NCBI GenBank assembly: GCA_965248265.1
Contig: CBDFJF010000002.1
Span: 3,648,001-3,712,000 of the forward strand
From: Candidatus Latescibacterota bacterium
Lineage (GTDB): Bacteria > Latescibacterota > UBA2968 > UBA8231
Length of the DNA: 64,000 nt
Direction: 5' to 3'
Shown here: one piece after another, positions 45,763-56,151 of the stretch
How the letters are laid out: each line of letters begins with the position of its first letter
How positions within the stretch are numbered: the first letter of the stretch is position 1
The notes under the pieces: generated by a model
Databases searched by the model: none
What the model saw: only the letters and a program-made list of their open reading frames with translations
Told to the model about the DNA's origin: nothing
Program-made: the position numbers and the translations under genes

Positions 45763-46599
45763 ATGAATCACAAGTTTGCAGTGGTCGGAGTTATTGCGGC
45801 ACTTCTGCTGGGAGTTAGCGGCTCAGCTACCGCCGCCGAAAAGAAGATGACCCGCGACGAGTACAAGGCCAAGCTCGCCGAATACGTGGACCGCGAAGCC
45901 AATGCCAAGGCAGAAATCGAAAAGTGCGATGCCAAGATCGCATCTCTCAACAGCCAACTCGACGCTCTCAACTCCGCTATCGCACAACTCGACAAAGACA
46001 TCCTCGATGCCGTTGGCGCGACAGATGCACAGGTGCGCGCCTACGGGAGGAAACTGGACAGCCTCATCGCCCAGTTGAAGGGACTTGCGGCGCTGCCGCC
46101 AGAGGAGTTGATACGCCATGGTGGCGAACTGAGCGACATCGCGAGCGCACTCGACGAGTTGAAACAATCGAAGCTTGCCGCGCTACCCGAAATGGCAGCA
46201 AAGATCTCACGCATCGAGGCTATGCTCGCAGACCAACAAGACAGGCGTTCACGGTCCGTCTCCATCACCTACGAGGTGATGAAGGGTGATCATCTGTGGG
46301 GTATCGCCAGCAAAGAGTCCGTTTATGCGGACCCCTACATGTGGCCGCGAATATATCGCGCCAACCGCGACGCTATCGACGATCCCGATCTCATCTACCC
46401 TGAGCAGGAGTTGACAGTGCCGTTTGGTGTCGGGGAGAATCAGTACCTGGTCACCAGTGGTGATTTCCTCACCAAGATCGCCTCGGCCGTCTACGACGAC
46501 CCGACGATGTGGCGCAAAATCTATATGGCCAATCAGGAGCAGATCGTCGAGCCCAGCTTGATTTTCCCGGCACAGGTGCTCGAAGTACCCGTCGATTGA
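45763..46599 (+). CDS. Exported coiled-coil protein with two C-terminal LysM domains
   Basis: Signal peptide; YEVMKGDHLWGIA...WPRIYRAN...DPDLIYP and YLVTSGDFLTKIA...WRKIYMAN...LIFP. Confidence 0.9.
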   Translation: MNHKFAVVGVIAALLLGVSGSATAAEKKMTRDEYKAKLAEYVDREANAKAEIEKCDAKIASLNSQLDALNSAIAQLDKDILDAVGATDAQVRAYGRKLDSLIAQLKGLAALPPEELIRHGGELSDIASALDELKQSKLAALPEMAAKISRIEAMLADQQDRRSRSVSITYEVMKGDHLWGIASKESVYADPYMWPRIYRANRDAIDDPDLIYPEQELTVPFGVGENQYLVTSGDFLTKIASAVYDDPTMWRKIYMANQEQIVEPSLIFPAQVLEVPVD

Positions 46600-46638
46600 G
46601 GAACCTGGCTCAGGTTTCGCTCACAGGTGTTTGAAACA

Positions 46639-46688
46639 AAAGGGGTTTGGGTACCAGCGGCTCAATGCCGTTGTTCCCGGACCCCTTT
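46639..46688 (+). terminator. Long hairpin, probable terminator after the LysM gene
   Basis: AAAGGGGTTTGGG...CCCGGACCCCTTT stem; short T tract. Confidence 0.55.
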
Positions 46689-46744
46689 GCTTATTCTGGC
46701 ATCCCCCTTTCTCTCATTCCATCAACTACCCTCCGATTAGCTCC

Positions 46745-47713
46745 ATGACCAGTATTTCGATTTCAGAGATCGATCCCGTAGCCTTGTGTGGCAGTAATGA
46801 CCGGAACCTGGCCTCCCTAGAGCGCTCCTGCGGCGTTACTCTGGTCGCGCGGGGTGATCGTCTGTTGCTTGACGGCCCACCCGAATCCGTGGCACAGGCA
46901 TCCTTGTTGCTCAAAAGCGTGATCGATGCCATACGGAGAAACCCAGGGTACGGTGAGGAAGACGTGCGAGCGGTTCTCGAGTCGGAGCGGGCTGAACCTC
47001 TGCCAGTGAAAGGTCTGGATCAAACTGAGATCCAGACCTACAAGGACACCGTGCGCGCGCGCAGTGCGGGTCAGGTCGCGTACCTCAAGGCGATCGACAA
47101 ACACGATATCGTTTTTTCCATCGGACCTGCAGGTACCGGCAAGACTTATCTCGCCGTGGCTAACGCCGTTGCCGCCCTACGCACGAAGCAGGTTTCTCGA
47201 ATCGTCCTGGCGCGTCCAGCAGTCGAAGCTGGTGAGAGTCTGGGATTCCTTCCCGGCGCCCTCGAAGACAAGGTGGATCCCTACCTGCGCCCGCTGTACG
47301 ATGCCCTGCACGATTTGCTGGAGCCCGAACGCCTGGGACGCTACCAGTCGATGAAAATAGTCGAGGTCGTGCCACTGGCTTTCATGCGCGGTCGTACCTT
47401 GAATGATGCCTTCATCATCCTGGATGAAGCGCAGAACACGACCCCGGCCCAGATGAAGATGTTCCTGACTCGACTCGGAGCACGGTCCAAAGCAGTCGTC
47501 ACCGGCGACATCACGCAAACCGACCTTCCCAGCACCCAGTCCTCAGGACTGGTTGAAGTGAGTGCCATCCTTCGTGGTATCGAGGGCATCGCTTTCATCC
47601 ATCTCACGGAGCGAGACGTCGTCCGCAATCCACTCGTACAACGCATCGTCAAAGCCTACGAGCATCAACAACAGGCCTGTGGTGAGGTGCCACCGGAATC
47701 GCGAGCGCGATGA
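46745..47713 (+). CDS. phoH: PhoH-family ATPase (YbeZ-like)
   Basis: GPAGTGKTYLAVA, RPAVEAGESLGFLPG, AFMRGRTL, LDEAQN, TGDITQTDLP. Confidence 0.95.
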   Translation: MTSISISEIDPVALCGSNDRNLASLERSCGVTLVARGDRLLLDGPPESVAQASLLLKSVIDAIRRNPGYGEEDVRAVLESERAEPLPVKGLDQTEIQTYKDTVRARSAGQVAYLKAIDKHDIVFSIGPAGTGKTYLAVANAVAALRTKQVSRIVLARPAVEAGESLGFLPGALEDKVDPYLRPLYDALHDLLEPERLGRYQSMKIVEVVPLAFMRGRTLNDAFIILDEAQNTTPAQMKMFLTRLGARSKAVVTGDITQTDLPSTQSSGLVEVSAILRGIEGIAFIHLTERDVVRNPLVQRIVKAYEHQQQACGEVPPESRAR

Positions 47714-50010
47714 AAGCGCTCGCCTCGCTGGCTCAACGCATTTCTACCAATCTCTCCGCTCCCCCCAGCCGCGGGGGCGGACAGCAACGCCCGAGGATTG
47801 GAAAGACCGGGCTCACCTTGGTAAGAATCTTCCTCGGCCTGATCGCCGTTGCATTGCTGACCTACTTCTCCCCGTTTCAACGGCCATCGAGTGTTACCCA
47901 ATTGCGAGTTGGCAGCATTGCTCCCGAACGCATCAACGCCGTCGTCCCCTTTTTCATCCGCAAAAGTGAAGAGGAACTCAAGCGCGAACGCACAGCAGTA
48001 GCGAGTGCTGTTCCTGCCATTCTGCGCTATGATCCGAACATCAAGAGCGTGCAGCTTGCCAACCTCGATTCCGTCTTCGTTGTCCTCGTTCCGAACGTGA
48101 AGATGGAGATGGCTGATTCGCTGAAACAGAACCGTTTGAGAAGAGATCTTCCCGAGATCATAGCCTCTCTGTCGGAAGCAGCGCTTCAGGATCTGATGGG
48201 TACCCTGGCCGCCGCCCCCCTGGATTCATTGCGTGTGTTCGAAGATGCCGCACGCCAGCTTGTGGCGGATCTGTATTCAACCGGAATCGTCGAATCCACG
48301 AATGACGCGCACGTCAGGATCAACGACAAAGTCAGTATTGATGGTGAGCTTGTCCCCGTCAACGGCCTCTACGATATGCCTGCGTTGCGTGGAGACGGCC
48401 TGCTGGCCCTGGTTGAAGGCTACGGGCCGATCGTGCGCCTGGGCGCTACCGCTGCCGTGCGGGAGTTGTTGAGCCTTTTCGTCGCTCCCAACCTCCACGT
48501 CGACGTGGAGGAAACACAACGCCTTCGAGACAAGGCTGCTGGCCGCGTGGCGATGATCGAAGGGCGCTATTTGCAGGACGAAATGATCATCGACAAAAAT
48601 GCCAAGGTGGAACACAAGCACGTCGAGGCACTCGAGGCATTGGCCAACCACCTGGCAGAAGAGGATCTCAAGGATCCGACCACACGGTACCTGCAGATCG
48701 CGGCCGCCGCTACTATCGCCGCCATGATCATCATCGTCTTCAGCTTCTACCTGGCCACGAGGGAGCGGGGCGTATACGATAGCGCCGGTCACTTGCTATT
48801 GCTGGCCTTGATCACGCTGTCGACTGCAGGAGTCGCCTCCTACATCAAGAGCAACGGTATTCAGATCTACTACGTCCCTACCCCGCTCGCCGCCATGCTG
48901 TTGACGATTCTGATGAGCCCTCAGCTGGCGCTGATCCTGTCCTTCCTGCTGGCCCTGTTCATCGGCAGTTTGTTCGGCGACTTCTACGTTGCCTTGATAT
49001 GCGCCCTGACATCGGCGATTGCCATCTACGCCGTCCGTCAGGTCCGCCATCGCAATCAGTTCTATCGGGCGATGATCCTGCTTCCTCTGTCCTACACCAT
49101 CCTTATCGCCGCCACCGACCTGCTGCGATTCGTCCCAGCTGAAGAGATCTACAGTCACATCCTTCCGGGTGTGTTCACCGGCGTAGCCACGGCCATCGTC
49201 ATTCAGGGCCTGTTGCCCATATTCGAGAGCCTGTTCAATATTACGACCGATATCACCCTGCTCGAGCTATCCGACCTCAACCGACCACTCTTGCGCGAGC
49301 TGGCCATTCGTGCTCCGGGCACCTACACACACAGCTTGATCATGGCCAACCTGTCGGAGGCGGCGGGGCAGGCAATTGGCGCCAATGCTCTGCTTGCCCG
49401 CGTCGGTTGCTACTACCACGACATTGGCAAGATGCTCAAGCCCGAGTACTTCACTGAGAACCAGGGCCTCAGAGGCGGTCGCAATCCGCACGACCATCTG
49501 ACCCCGAGCATGAGCGTGTTGATCATCGACTCACACGTGAAGGACGGCATCGAGCTTGCTGACGAGAACGGCCTGCCGAAATCCATCATCGACTTGATCC
49601 CGCAGCACCACGGCACGACCGTCATCGAGTACTTCTACAATCGCGCCATCGAACTCGGCGTCGAGAACGTGCGCAAGGACGACTTTCGCTACGATGGTCC
49701 CAAGCCCCAAACGAAGGAGGCCGGCATCATGATGCTGGCTGATTCGGTGGAATCGGCGGCACGAACGCTAAGCGACCGCAGCCCGGACCGTGTGCGGCAG
49801 CTGGTGCGGCGGATCATTCAGCAGAAATTCACGGCCGGTGAGTTGGATGAATGTCCACTGACACTGAGGGATCTGCACAATATCGAAGAGAGCTTCATCC
49901 CCATTCTGATGGGCACGCTGCACGACCGTGCCGAGTACCCATGGCAGCAGCAGAAAAAAGAGGAGCGCAAAGATCGCAAGGAAATTGCACATGGTTTGCC
50001 ACCCCGCTGA
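47710..50010 (+). CDS. 7TM-HD (HDIG) phosphohydrolase, PgpH-like
   Basis: Extracytoplasmic domain, 7 TM helices, APGTYTHS, YYHDIGK, QHHGT, MLADSVE. Confidence 0.9.
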   Translation: MKALASLAQRISTNLSAPPSRGGGQQRPRIGKTGLTLVRIFLGLIAVALLTYFSPFQRPSSVTQLRVGSIAPERINAVVPFFIRKSEEELKRERTAVASAVPAILRYDPNIKSVQLANLDSVFVVLVPNVKMEMADSLKQNRLRRDLPEIIASLSEAALQDLMGTLAAAPLDSLRVFEDAARQLVADLYSTGIVESTNDAHVRINDKVSIDGELVPVNGLYDMPALRGDGLLALVEGYGPIVRLGATAAVRELLSLFVAPNLHVDVEETQRLRDKAAGRVAMIEGRYLQDEMIIDKNAKVEHKHVEALEALANHLAEEDLKDPTTRYLQIAAAATIAAMIIIVFSFYLATRERGVYDSAGHLLLLALITLSTAGVASYIKSNGIQIYYVPTPLAAMLLTILMSPQLALILSFLLALFIGSLFGDFYVALICALTSAIAIYAVRQVRHRNQFYRAMILLPLSYTILIAATDLLRFVPAEEIYSHILPGVFTGVATAIVIQGLLPIFESLFNITTDITLLELSDLNRPLLRELAIRAPGTYTHSLIMANLSEAAGQAIGANALLARVGCYYHDIGKMLKPEYFTENQGLRGGRNPHDHLTPSMSVLIIDSHVKDGIELADENGLPKSIIDLIPQHHGTTVIEYFYNRAIELGVENVRKDDFRYDGPKPQTKEAGIMMLADSVESAARTLSDRSPDRVRQLVRRIIQQKFTAGELDECPLTLRDLHNIEESFIPILMGTLHDRAEYPWQQQKKEERKDRKEIAHGLPPR

Positions 50011-50482
50011 ACGCGAGCTGCCAGCTGGCGCACGCGACGGATTGGGCCGACTCGCCGAGCGAGTGCTGGCCGCGCATCCGCTGGATGGGGGTAGGGTCCA
50101 GGCCGTGTTTACGACCGACGAGCATATGACACACATGAACGAGCAATTTCGGGGCAAGGCCATGACCACGGACGTGCTTTCCTTCGACTATGGCCTGTCC
50201 GAAAGCGCGGGGCCTGACGACCTTGTGAACGAGTGGACCCGTGGAGAGATCTTCATCAGTGTTGATCGGGCCACCGAGCAAGCGAGAGATCGGGGAGTCG
50301 CGATAACATGTGAAATCGCAAGATTGCTGGTTCATGGACTGCTCCACCTCTCTGGATATGATCATCAGACGGCGGAAGAGCTACAGGAAATGGAGTCGCT
50401 GACCGATTTATTCATAGAAACCTCTGGTTTCTGCAAAACCTCTGGTTTCTGCGAGGCCTCGGAGTTCAAAGAAACTCGGTGA
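49991..50482 (+). CDS. ybeY: rRNA maturation endoribonuclease YbeY
   Basis: N.QFRGK..TTDVLSF, GEIFIS, HGLLHLSGYDH. Confidence 0.93.
   Translation: MVCHPAERELPAGARDGLGRLAERVLAAHPLDGGRVQAVFTTDEHMTHMNEQFRGKAMTTDVLSFDYGLSESAGPDDLVNEWTRGEIFISVDRATEQARDRGVAITCEIARLLVHGLLHLSGYDHQTAEELQEMESLTDLFIETSGFCKTSGFCEASEFKETR
50418..50452 (+). repeat. Tandem duplication (period 18) in ybeY 3' end
   Basis: AAACCTCTGGTTTCTGC twice, encoding TSGFC twice. Confidence 0.9.
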
Positions 50483-50582
50483 CCTGTTCCCACTTCATGG
50501 CTCTACGCCTGGCCGTGATTCGCTGTTCCGACTCGTGCCGCCCTGGCAGGCGGCGTTACATGAAAGGAGTTCAGTACCTTTT

Positions 50583-51911
50583 TTGGAACCTCCAAGTTTA
50601 GCCCAAGTAGCCATCTTCTTCATCGCTTCTGCGTTCGAGTTCGCACTCGCCAGCTACGAAGCAACCTTCGCTTTTTTGTCTCGATCATCTCTCGAGCGCC
50701 TGCGGGACGCAAGCGTGTCTAGAGCCGAGCCCATGTTGGGTATTCATGAACCGCGGCACCGACTGCACTCAATGGCCAGAATAGGTCAGATTCTCGGCGC
50801 CGTCGTCATGACGCTTTCATTCCTCTTCCTGATCCAACCCTTCCTCCAATCGTCACTCCAAGCCGTGCTCGCGACGTTCGGTACGTGCACGGTCGTCCTC
50901 TTCGCATCCACATCCCTGGCTCGCCGGATTCGTTTCGAGGAAGAAGGCGAGGATGACCATATTCCGGCCCTTACGCTCGCCTACGTGCCCGTGCATACCC
51001 TGCTGGTGCCCTTGACCAATTTGTACGAACGGATCACGCGGGGTGAATCGTCTGACGCGGACATCAAAGCGTCGAAGGAAGAGGAGCTGCGCAGCATGGT
51101 CGATGCCGAGGGCGAAACTGGCGTGTTGGAGGAAGGCGAGCGCGATATGATCCAGTCGGTCTTCGGTTTTCATGATCGCGTGGTCAGAGAAGTCATGGCT
51201 CCGCGCGTGGACATCGTTGCCGTTGAGCAGAACGCAACGCTGGAAGATTTACTCCGAGTAGCCAAGGAATCTGGTCATTCCCGGTTTCCACTGTACGAGG
51301 ACTCACTCGACCAGATTCGCGGCATCGTCTACACCAAGGATCTCCTTCACTTGATCGTGCAGTACCGAAACCTTGACCTCAATACTCCGCTGGTCGATTT
51401 CATGAAGAAACCGGGTGCGGACGGCGACGCCCTTTCCTTCGTCCACGAGCCCTATTACGTGCCGGAGACAAAAAAGGTGGACGAGTTGCTAACCGACCTG
51501 CGCAGCGCTCGCACCCGAATCGCCATCGTCGTCGACGAGTACGGCGGGACGGCCGGCCTGATCTCGACGGAGGATCTGGTAGAAGAGATTGTCGGAGAGT
51601 TGCAAGACGAGTACGACGAGGAAGAAGCGCTCTACCAGTGGCGCAAACAGGATGAAGTCCTCGTCGTCAACCCGAGAATCAACATCGATGAACTGAATGA
51701 GTTGATGGAGACTGATCTGCCAGCTGACGGCTTCGACACACTGGGTGGATTTATCTACCACCGCCTCGGGCAGGTACCTGAAATTGGCGAACACCTCCAA
51801 GCTCCGGGGTTGGAAATAGAGATCCTCCACGTCGAAGGGCAACGCATCGCCAAGGTGCTGATGACGAGAGTGCCTATCGAACACGAATCAGAGCAGAATC
51901 AGCTCAGATGA
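50583..51911 (+). CDS. HlyC/CorC (CNNM-CBS-CorC_HlyC) family protein
   Basis: TM region, VREVMAPR, GHSRFPLY, VVDEYGGTAGL, EDLVEEIVGE, DTLGGF; TTG start after AAGGAG (start uncertain). Confidence 0.9.
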   Translation: MEPPSLAQVAIFFIASAFEFALASYEATFAFLSRSSLERLRDASVSRAEPMLGIHEPRHRLHSMARIGQILGAVVMTLSFLFLIQPFLQSSLQAVLATFGTCTVVLFASTSLARRIRFEEEGEDDHIPALTLAYVPVHTLLVPLTNLYERITRGESSDADIKASKEEELRSMVDAEGETGVLEEGERDMIQSVFGFHDRVVREVMAPRVDIVAVEQNATLEDLLRVAKESGHSRFPLYEDSLDQIRGIVYTKDLLHLIVQYRNLDLNTPLVDFMKKPGADGDALSFVHEPYYVPETKKVDELLTDLRSARTRIAIVVDEYGGTAGLISTEDLVEEIVGELQDEYDEEEALYQWRKQDEVLVVNPRINIDELNELMETDLPADGFDTLGGFIYHRLGQVPEIGEHLQAPGLEIEILHVEGQRIAKVLMTRVPIEHESEQNQLR

Positions 51912-51936
51912 CCCAGCTCAGATGGAACGGCGTAGC

Positions 51937-51965
51937 TTGCCTCAGCCCTGGCAAGGAACTATATT
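51937..51965 (+). promoter_or_regulatory. sigma70 promoter of tRNA-fMet
   Basis: TTGCCT-N17-TATATT, 11 nt before the tRNA. Confidence 0.65.
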
Positions 51966-51976
51966 GATTCTTACGA

Positions 51977-52053
<77 letters not shown>

Positions 52054-52061
52054 ACATTTCG

Positions 52062-52097
52062 ATCAGGGAACCGGTTGCTTTGGTTCCCTGATTTTTT
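52062..52097 (+). terminator. Rho-independent terminator after tRNA-fMet
   Basis: ATCAGGGAACC...GGTTCCCTGAT followed by a T tract. Confidence 0.85.
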
Positions 52098-52143
52098 GTA
52101 TCCCTCTCTCTGTTATCTCTCTATATAGAGGTATTGACGATCT

Positions 52144-52470
52144 ATGCCACCCTTCGATCGAGTATCGGAATCGCCCGAGACGGATGTCCCCACAACGAGG
52201 GCCCGTCTGGACGAACGCTTCCTGGCCACGATCATCGGTGAAACTCCGCTGGACAGAGTCGAAGGGCAGGAACTGCGCCAGGTATTCCTGGCCGCTTTGG
52301 AGCAGTTGACCGCTGACGAGCTGAGGGTCATCGAGCTCCGTTTTCAACGCAAAAAATCGCCTGGACAGGTCGCCTCTCAACTGCGTATCGACAAAGAGGA
52401 AGTCAAGGCCCGGGAGAAGCGGGCGCTGGATAAACTCCGCGGTCCGATCTCGGAATACCTGGAGCCCTGA
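52144..52470 (+). CDS. Stand-alone sigma70 region-4 HTH protein
   Basis: LEQLTADELRVIELRF...SPGQVASQLRIDKEEVKAREKRALDKLR. Confidence 0.75.
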   Translation: MPPFDRVSESPETDVPTTRARLDERFLATIIGETPLDRVEGQELRQVFLAALEQLTADELRVIELRFQRKKSPGQVASQLRIDKEEVKAREKRALDKLRGPISEYLEP

Positions 52471-52474
52471 AGCC

Positions 52475-54106
52475 GTGACAGAGCGGCGACCCCTCGGAGT
52501 CCAGCGCTTTGTCACCGTTGGGCTGGGCGGGTTGTCTGGTCTGCTGTACGCCCTCTCCATTCCCCGAGCTGATCTGGGCTGGCTGGCCTGGATCTGCCTG
52601 ACCCCCTGCTTCTACGCTGTCCATATTGCGAGCGATCATCGCTTCTCGCTGGGATTCAGCTGGATCGGCCGCGCAGCACAACTCGGTTTGGCATTCGGCA
52701 TCGTCTCCGGGATAGGACGTGTCTACTGGATCGCCGAGACGCTGACCAATTACGGAGCCCTGACCTCGAGCGAAGCGATCCTGACGACGGCGGCCCTGAT
52801 TCTCTACCTGGCCCTTTACCCGATCGGCTTCTTCCTGGTGATCAGCAGGCTGCTCCGTTTCGGTACGCCGAGCTTTGCCTGGCTTTCGGCTTGTGTCTGG
52901 GTAGTGCTGGAATGGGCCCAGAGCTGGATCATTACGGGATTTCCGTGGGAACTGCTCGGCTATAGCCAATACCGCTATCTACCACTTATACAGATCGTCT
53001 CTGTTACCGGCATTTACGGAGTCAGTTTCCTTCTCGCCGTGTTCAACGCCGGCCTCAGCCAGGCATTGATATTCCGGGCACGGCAGCTAACCTACATCAG
53101 CCCACCGCTGTTCCTGCTTGCCCTGGCGGCGACCCTGGGATACATCCGTTTGCAGGAACTCGACGCGTCATCAGACAGTGACGACCAAATTCAGGTCGGC
53201 ATTATCCAGGGGAATATCCAGCAGGGGGAGAAATGGAAGGAGGGCCGCTCCAAACGCTCAACTGAGAAGTACCTGGACCTGACCCGGCAGCTGGTGCAGA
53301 TAGAACGCACCACAGCTCTAGACCTGATCATCTACCCCGAAACCGCCCTGCCCTTTCCTCTCAACCACCCCGCCTATGACTCTTACCGTCAGCGCATTGT
53401 CTCACTCGCACAGGAGATCGAGGTCCCGCTGCTGGTAGGAGCACTGAAGCGTACCAGCGACAATCAGACGCTGAACAGAGCATTCCTGTTCGACGTGGAC
53501 GGCCGGGTAGTGGGCTCTTATGACAAGGTCCACCTCGTGCCCTTTGGCGAGTACCTGCCGATGCCGTGGTTGTTCCAATACATGGAAGGCCTGACTGCGG
53601 AGAGCGGTGCCTTCGCGAACGGAACAGGGTTCTCTTCCCTACCCCTGCATTTGCGAGGCGACCGGGTGCTGCCGTTCGGCGTCTTTATCTGCTTCGAATC
53701 GGTGTTTCCGGAAATTACCAGAGCGTTGGTGCAGGAAGGCGCTCAGTTCATCGTCAACACCACCAACGATGCCTGGTTCGGCCAGACAGCGGCCCCGTAT
53801 CAGCATCTGTCCATGGCTATCGTCCGTGCGGTGGAGACAGGCCGGCCGCTGCTGCGCGCCGCCAACACCGGCATATCCGCTGTCGTCGAACCGTCTGGTC
53901 AGATCCTGCAGACCACACAACTCTTCGACACCAAGGTGCTGTCTGCGTCAATCTCGCCGAGCACGGAACTGACGCCTTACGTCCGCTACGGCAACTTCTT
54001 TGTGGGGATTTGCGGGTTGGTGTTGGTTGGTTGCGCCCTGATCAAACTCAAGCGCCCACGATCGATGGCGAGCAGTCCACCCAGCGACGCTCATCAACCG
54101 CAGTGA
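52475..54106 (+). CDS. lnt: Apolipoprotein N-acyltransferase
   Basis: GFPWELLGYSQ, IQGNI, YPETA, YDKVHLVPFGEY, ICFES, TNDAWF, RAANTGIS (E-K-C triad). Confidence 0.96.
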   Translation: MTERRPLGVQRFVTVGLGGLSGLLYALSIPRADLGWLAWICLTPCFYAVHIASDHRFSLGFSWIGRAAQLGLAFGIVSGIGRVYWIAETLTNYGALTSSEAILTTAALILYLALYPIGFFLVISRLLRFGTPSFAWLSACVWVVLEWAQSWIITGFPWELLGYSQYRYLPLIQIVSVTGIYGVSFLLAVFNAGLSQALIFRARQLTYISPPLFLLALAATLGYIRLQELDASSDSDDQIQVGIIQGNIQQGEKWKEGRSKRSTEKYLDLTRQLVQIERTTALDLIIYPETALPFPLNHPAYDSYRQRIVSLAQEIEVPLLVGALKRTSDNQTLNRAFLFDVDGRVVGSYDKVHLVPFGEYLPMPWLFQYMEGLTAESGAFANGTGFSSLPLHLRGDRVLPFGVFICFESVFPEITRALVQEGAQFIVNTTNDAWFGQTAAPYQHLSMAIVRAVETGRPLLRAANTGISAVVEPSGQILQTTQLFDTKVLSASISPSTELTPYVRYGNFFVGICGLVLVGCALIKLKRPRSMASSPPSDAHQPQ

Positions 54107-55163
54107 GTATGGCGTCTGCGACGGCCTGGGCGCGTAGACCATCAGCGAAGGACGGCACACACTCCCTTTCTTCGCGGATCGCGCTGATGAACTCCCAGGC
54201 CTGGTCGTAGCGGAAGGTTTGCACGGGATCTCCGTCTCGGGGATCCCGTGGAGAGTTGGCATAGATGAGCATCTCTTCTGGCACGGAGCGAGTTTCGTAC
54301 GGCTTGCCCCTCCGGGCGAACAGAATCTCATGCGGCGTGTGCAAGTGGTATGCGGCGGAGGCTTTACTTCCATTGAGCTCGGCCAGGTCGTGATCGCCTC
54401 CCGGCCCCCTACCCTTCGTCAGCTTCCCCATCTCAAACACGGCGGTGGCGCCAGATTCGAACTCCGCAATCCAGGCCACCCAGTCCTCCACGTCCTGAGG
54501 AGGACATGTCAACCCGGCAGGTGTTCGATCTCGCGGTACGACTTGTTTGGCCGATGCACAGACCGCTTTGATCGGACCAAGAAGGCTCTCGGCATAGTCG
54601 ATTCGGTGAATACCCATGTCCCCCAGTTCCCCGGAGCCGGCTTCATCGCGGTACTGACGCCAGCCGATCGAGAACTCACCCCAATCCTGCAGGCGTTGAA
54701 AGCGGGCATGCCGGATCTCCCCGAGCTCGCCGGCTGCGAGTAGATGGTGCAGGTACCTCATCCCCGGGACAAAGCGGTAGGTAAAGGCGGTCATGTGGCG
54801 CTTCCCCGATCGTGCGGCCTCTTCGTACAACAGCCTGGTTTCTTCGAAATCGAGCGCCAACGGTTTCTCGCACAGAACGTTGCATCCGGCCTTCAACGCG
54901 GCGCTCAGCAGTGAGCGATGGAACCGGTTCGGGGTGGCGATGGCGACGGCGTCTGGTGCAGTTTCACGGAAGAAGGTCTCAATATCGGAGCTGCCTCCGT
55001 CGATACCCCAGGCTTGTTGTCGTGCGCGCACCAACCCCTCGTCAGCATCGCACAAGCCTACCAGTTCCACGCCGGGAATGCGCGAAAACCCTGGATAGTG
55101 TACCGCTTCACAGACCGCTCCCAGACCGATCAGGCCGACGCGAACAACTGATTCGTTTGCCAC
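54048..55163 (-). CDS. Gfo/Idh/MocA oxidoreductase
   Basis: VGLIGLG, IATPN..H, CEKPLA, GELGDMGIHRID. Confidence 0.9.
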   Translation of the reverse strand: MANESVVRVGLIGLGAVCEAVHYPGFSRIPGVELVGLCDADEGLVRARQQAWGIDGGSSDIETFFRETAPDAVAIATPNRFHRSLLSAALKAGCNVLCEKPLALDFEETRLLYEEAARSGKRHMTAFTYRFVPGMRYLHHLLAAGELGEIRHARFQRLQDWGEFSIGWRQYRDEAGSGELGDMGIHRIDYAESLLGPIKAVCASAKQVVPRDRTPAGLTCPPQDVEDWVAWIAEFESGATAVFEMGKLTKGRGPGGDHDLAELNGSKASAAYHLHTPHEILFARRGKPYETRSVPEEMLIYANSPRDPRDGDPVQTFRYDQAWEFISAIREERECVPSFADGLRAQAVADAILTAVDERRWVDCSPSIVGA

Positions 55164-55181
55164 GTGTATGATGTCCGCCAG

Positions 55182-56117
55182 CTAGGCCGGCTGGGCTGTT
55201 CGACTGATCAACTTACCGTTCTCCGCGAACAACAATTCCAGCATGGCTTTGAGCCTGGGCAAATCATCGGCAGCGACGTCCTCGGCAAAGGGTATCACGG
55301 GACCGCCAGCCAACCCCGCCTGGTCCATGGCCGCATGCAGCAAGGAGCCACTGTAGCGCGCAGCATTCTCACCGCGGAAGTCTTCGAAGGGGATCATGAG
55401 CTGTCGCAGTCTCTCGGCTTCGCTGCCATTTCCGCTGGCAAAGGCACGCAGTATTTCCAGGCTCATGAGCGGGACGAAATTGGCCATGCCTGAGCTGAAA
55501 CCAACGGCACCCCTGGCCAGGTAGTCCAAACAGGGATCCTCAGCCATGCCGCATATCATGGCCGCCTCCCGCGCGGCGCCTTCGGCGATACGTTCGAAGG
55601 AGGCTATGTCATCGACGGCGTACTTCAAGCCTACAACTTCATCCAATTCACACAGCTCAATCATTTGATCTACAGGCATGACATCCAGCCGTCTCTGGTA
55701 AAGGATCGTCGGCAAGGCGGTCTTCTCGGCGATCATTCGCAACCCGCTGCGTACCCCCAACTCCGATGCCGGACCCACGATCGGCATGATCATGACCCCA
55801 TCGACTCCCAGAGAACGGGCAATCTGCCCCATCTCCAGGGAGCGTCCGTAACCGGGGCCGATCCCGGGAACCACCAACATGTCGGACCCCGCGGCGGCAT
55901 CCATGAAGGCACCGACTACTGCCTCAAATTCTTCGAGGGTGGCATCGTAAACGAGGCCGGTTCCGCACATGGGCATGGCAAAATCAACTCCGTGCTCACG
56001 CAAAAACCTGACATTATTCCTGGCACCCTCCAGATCCACCGAGCCGTCGGCAGCCCTCGGGGTTATCGAGACGACGAGAACCGTCGCACATCGTTGTTGC
56101 GTCAACATGCCTGCCAT
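55182..56117 (-). CDS. DapA/NAL-superfamily aldolase/dehydratase
   Basis: CGTG, ILYQR, VVGLKYA (Schiff-base Lys), GFSSGMANF. Confidence 0.85.
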   Translation of the reverse strand: MAGMLTQQRCATVLVVSITPRAADGSVDLEGARNNVRFLREHGVDFAMPMCGTGLVYDATLEEFEAVVGAFMDAAAGSDMLVVPGIGPGYGRSLEMGQIARSLGVDGVMIMPIVGPASELGVRSGLRMIAEKTALPTILYQRRLDVMPVDQMIELCELDEVVGLKYAVDDIASFERIAEGAAREAAMICGMAEDPCLDYLARGAVGFSSGMANFVPLMSLEILRAFASGNGSEAERLRQLMIPFEDFRGENAARYSGSLLHAAMDQAGLAGGPVIPFAEDVAADDLPRLKAMLELLFAENGKLISRTAQPA

Positions 56118-56151
56118 TCCCTTTCTTGAATGTCGTCTGACTTACCCTCTC

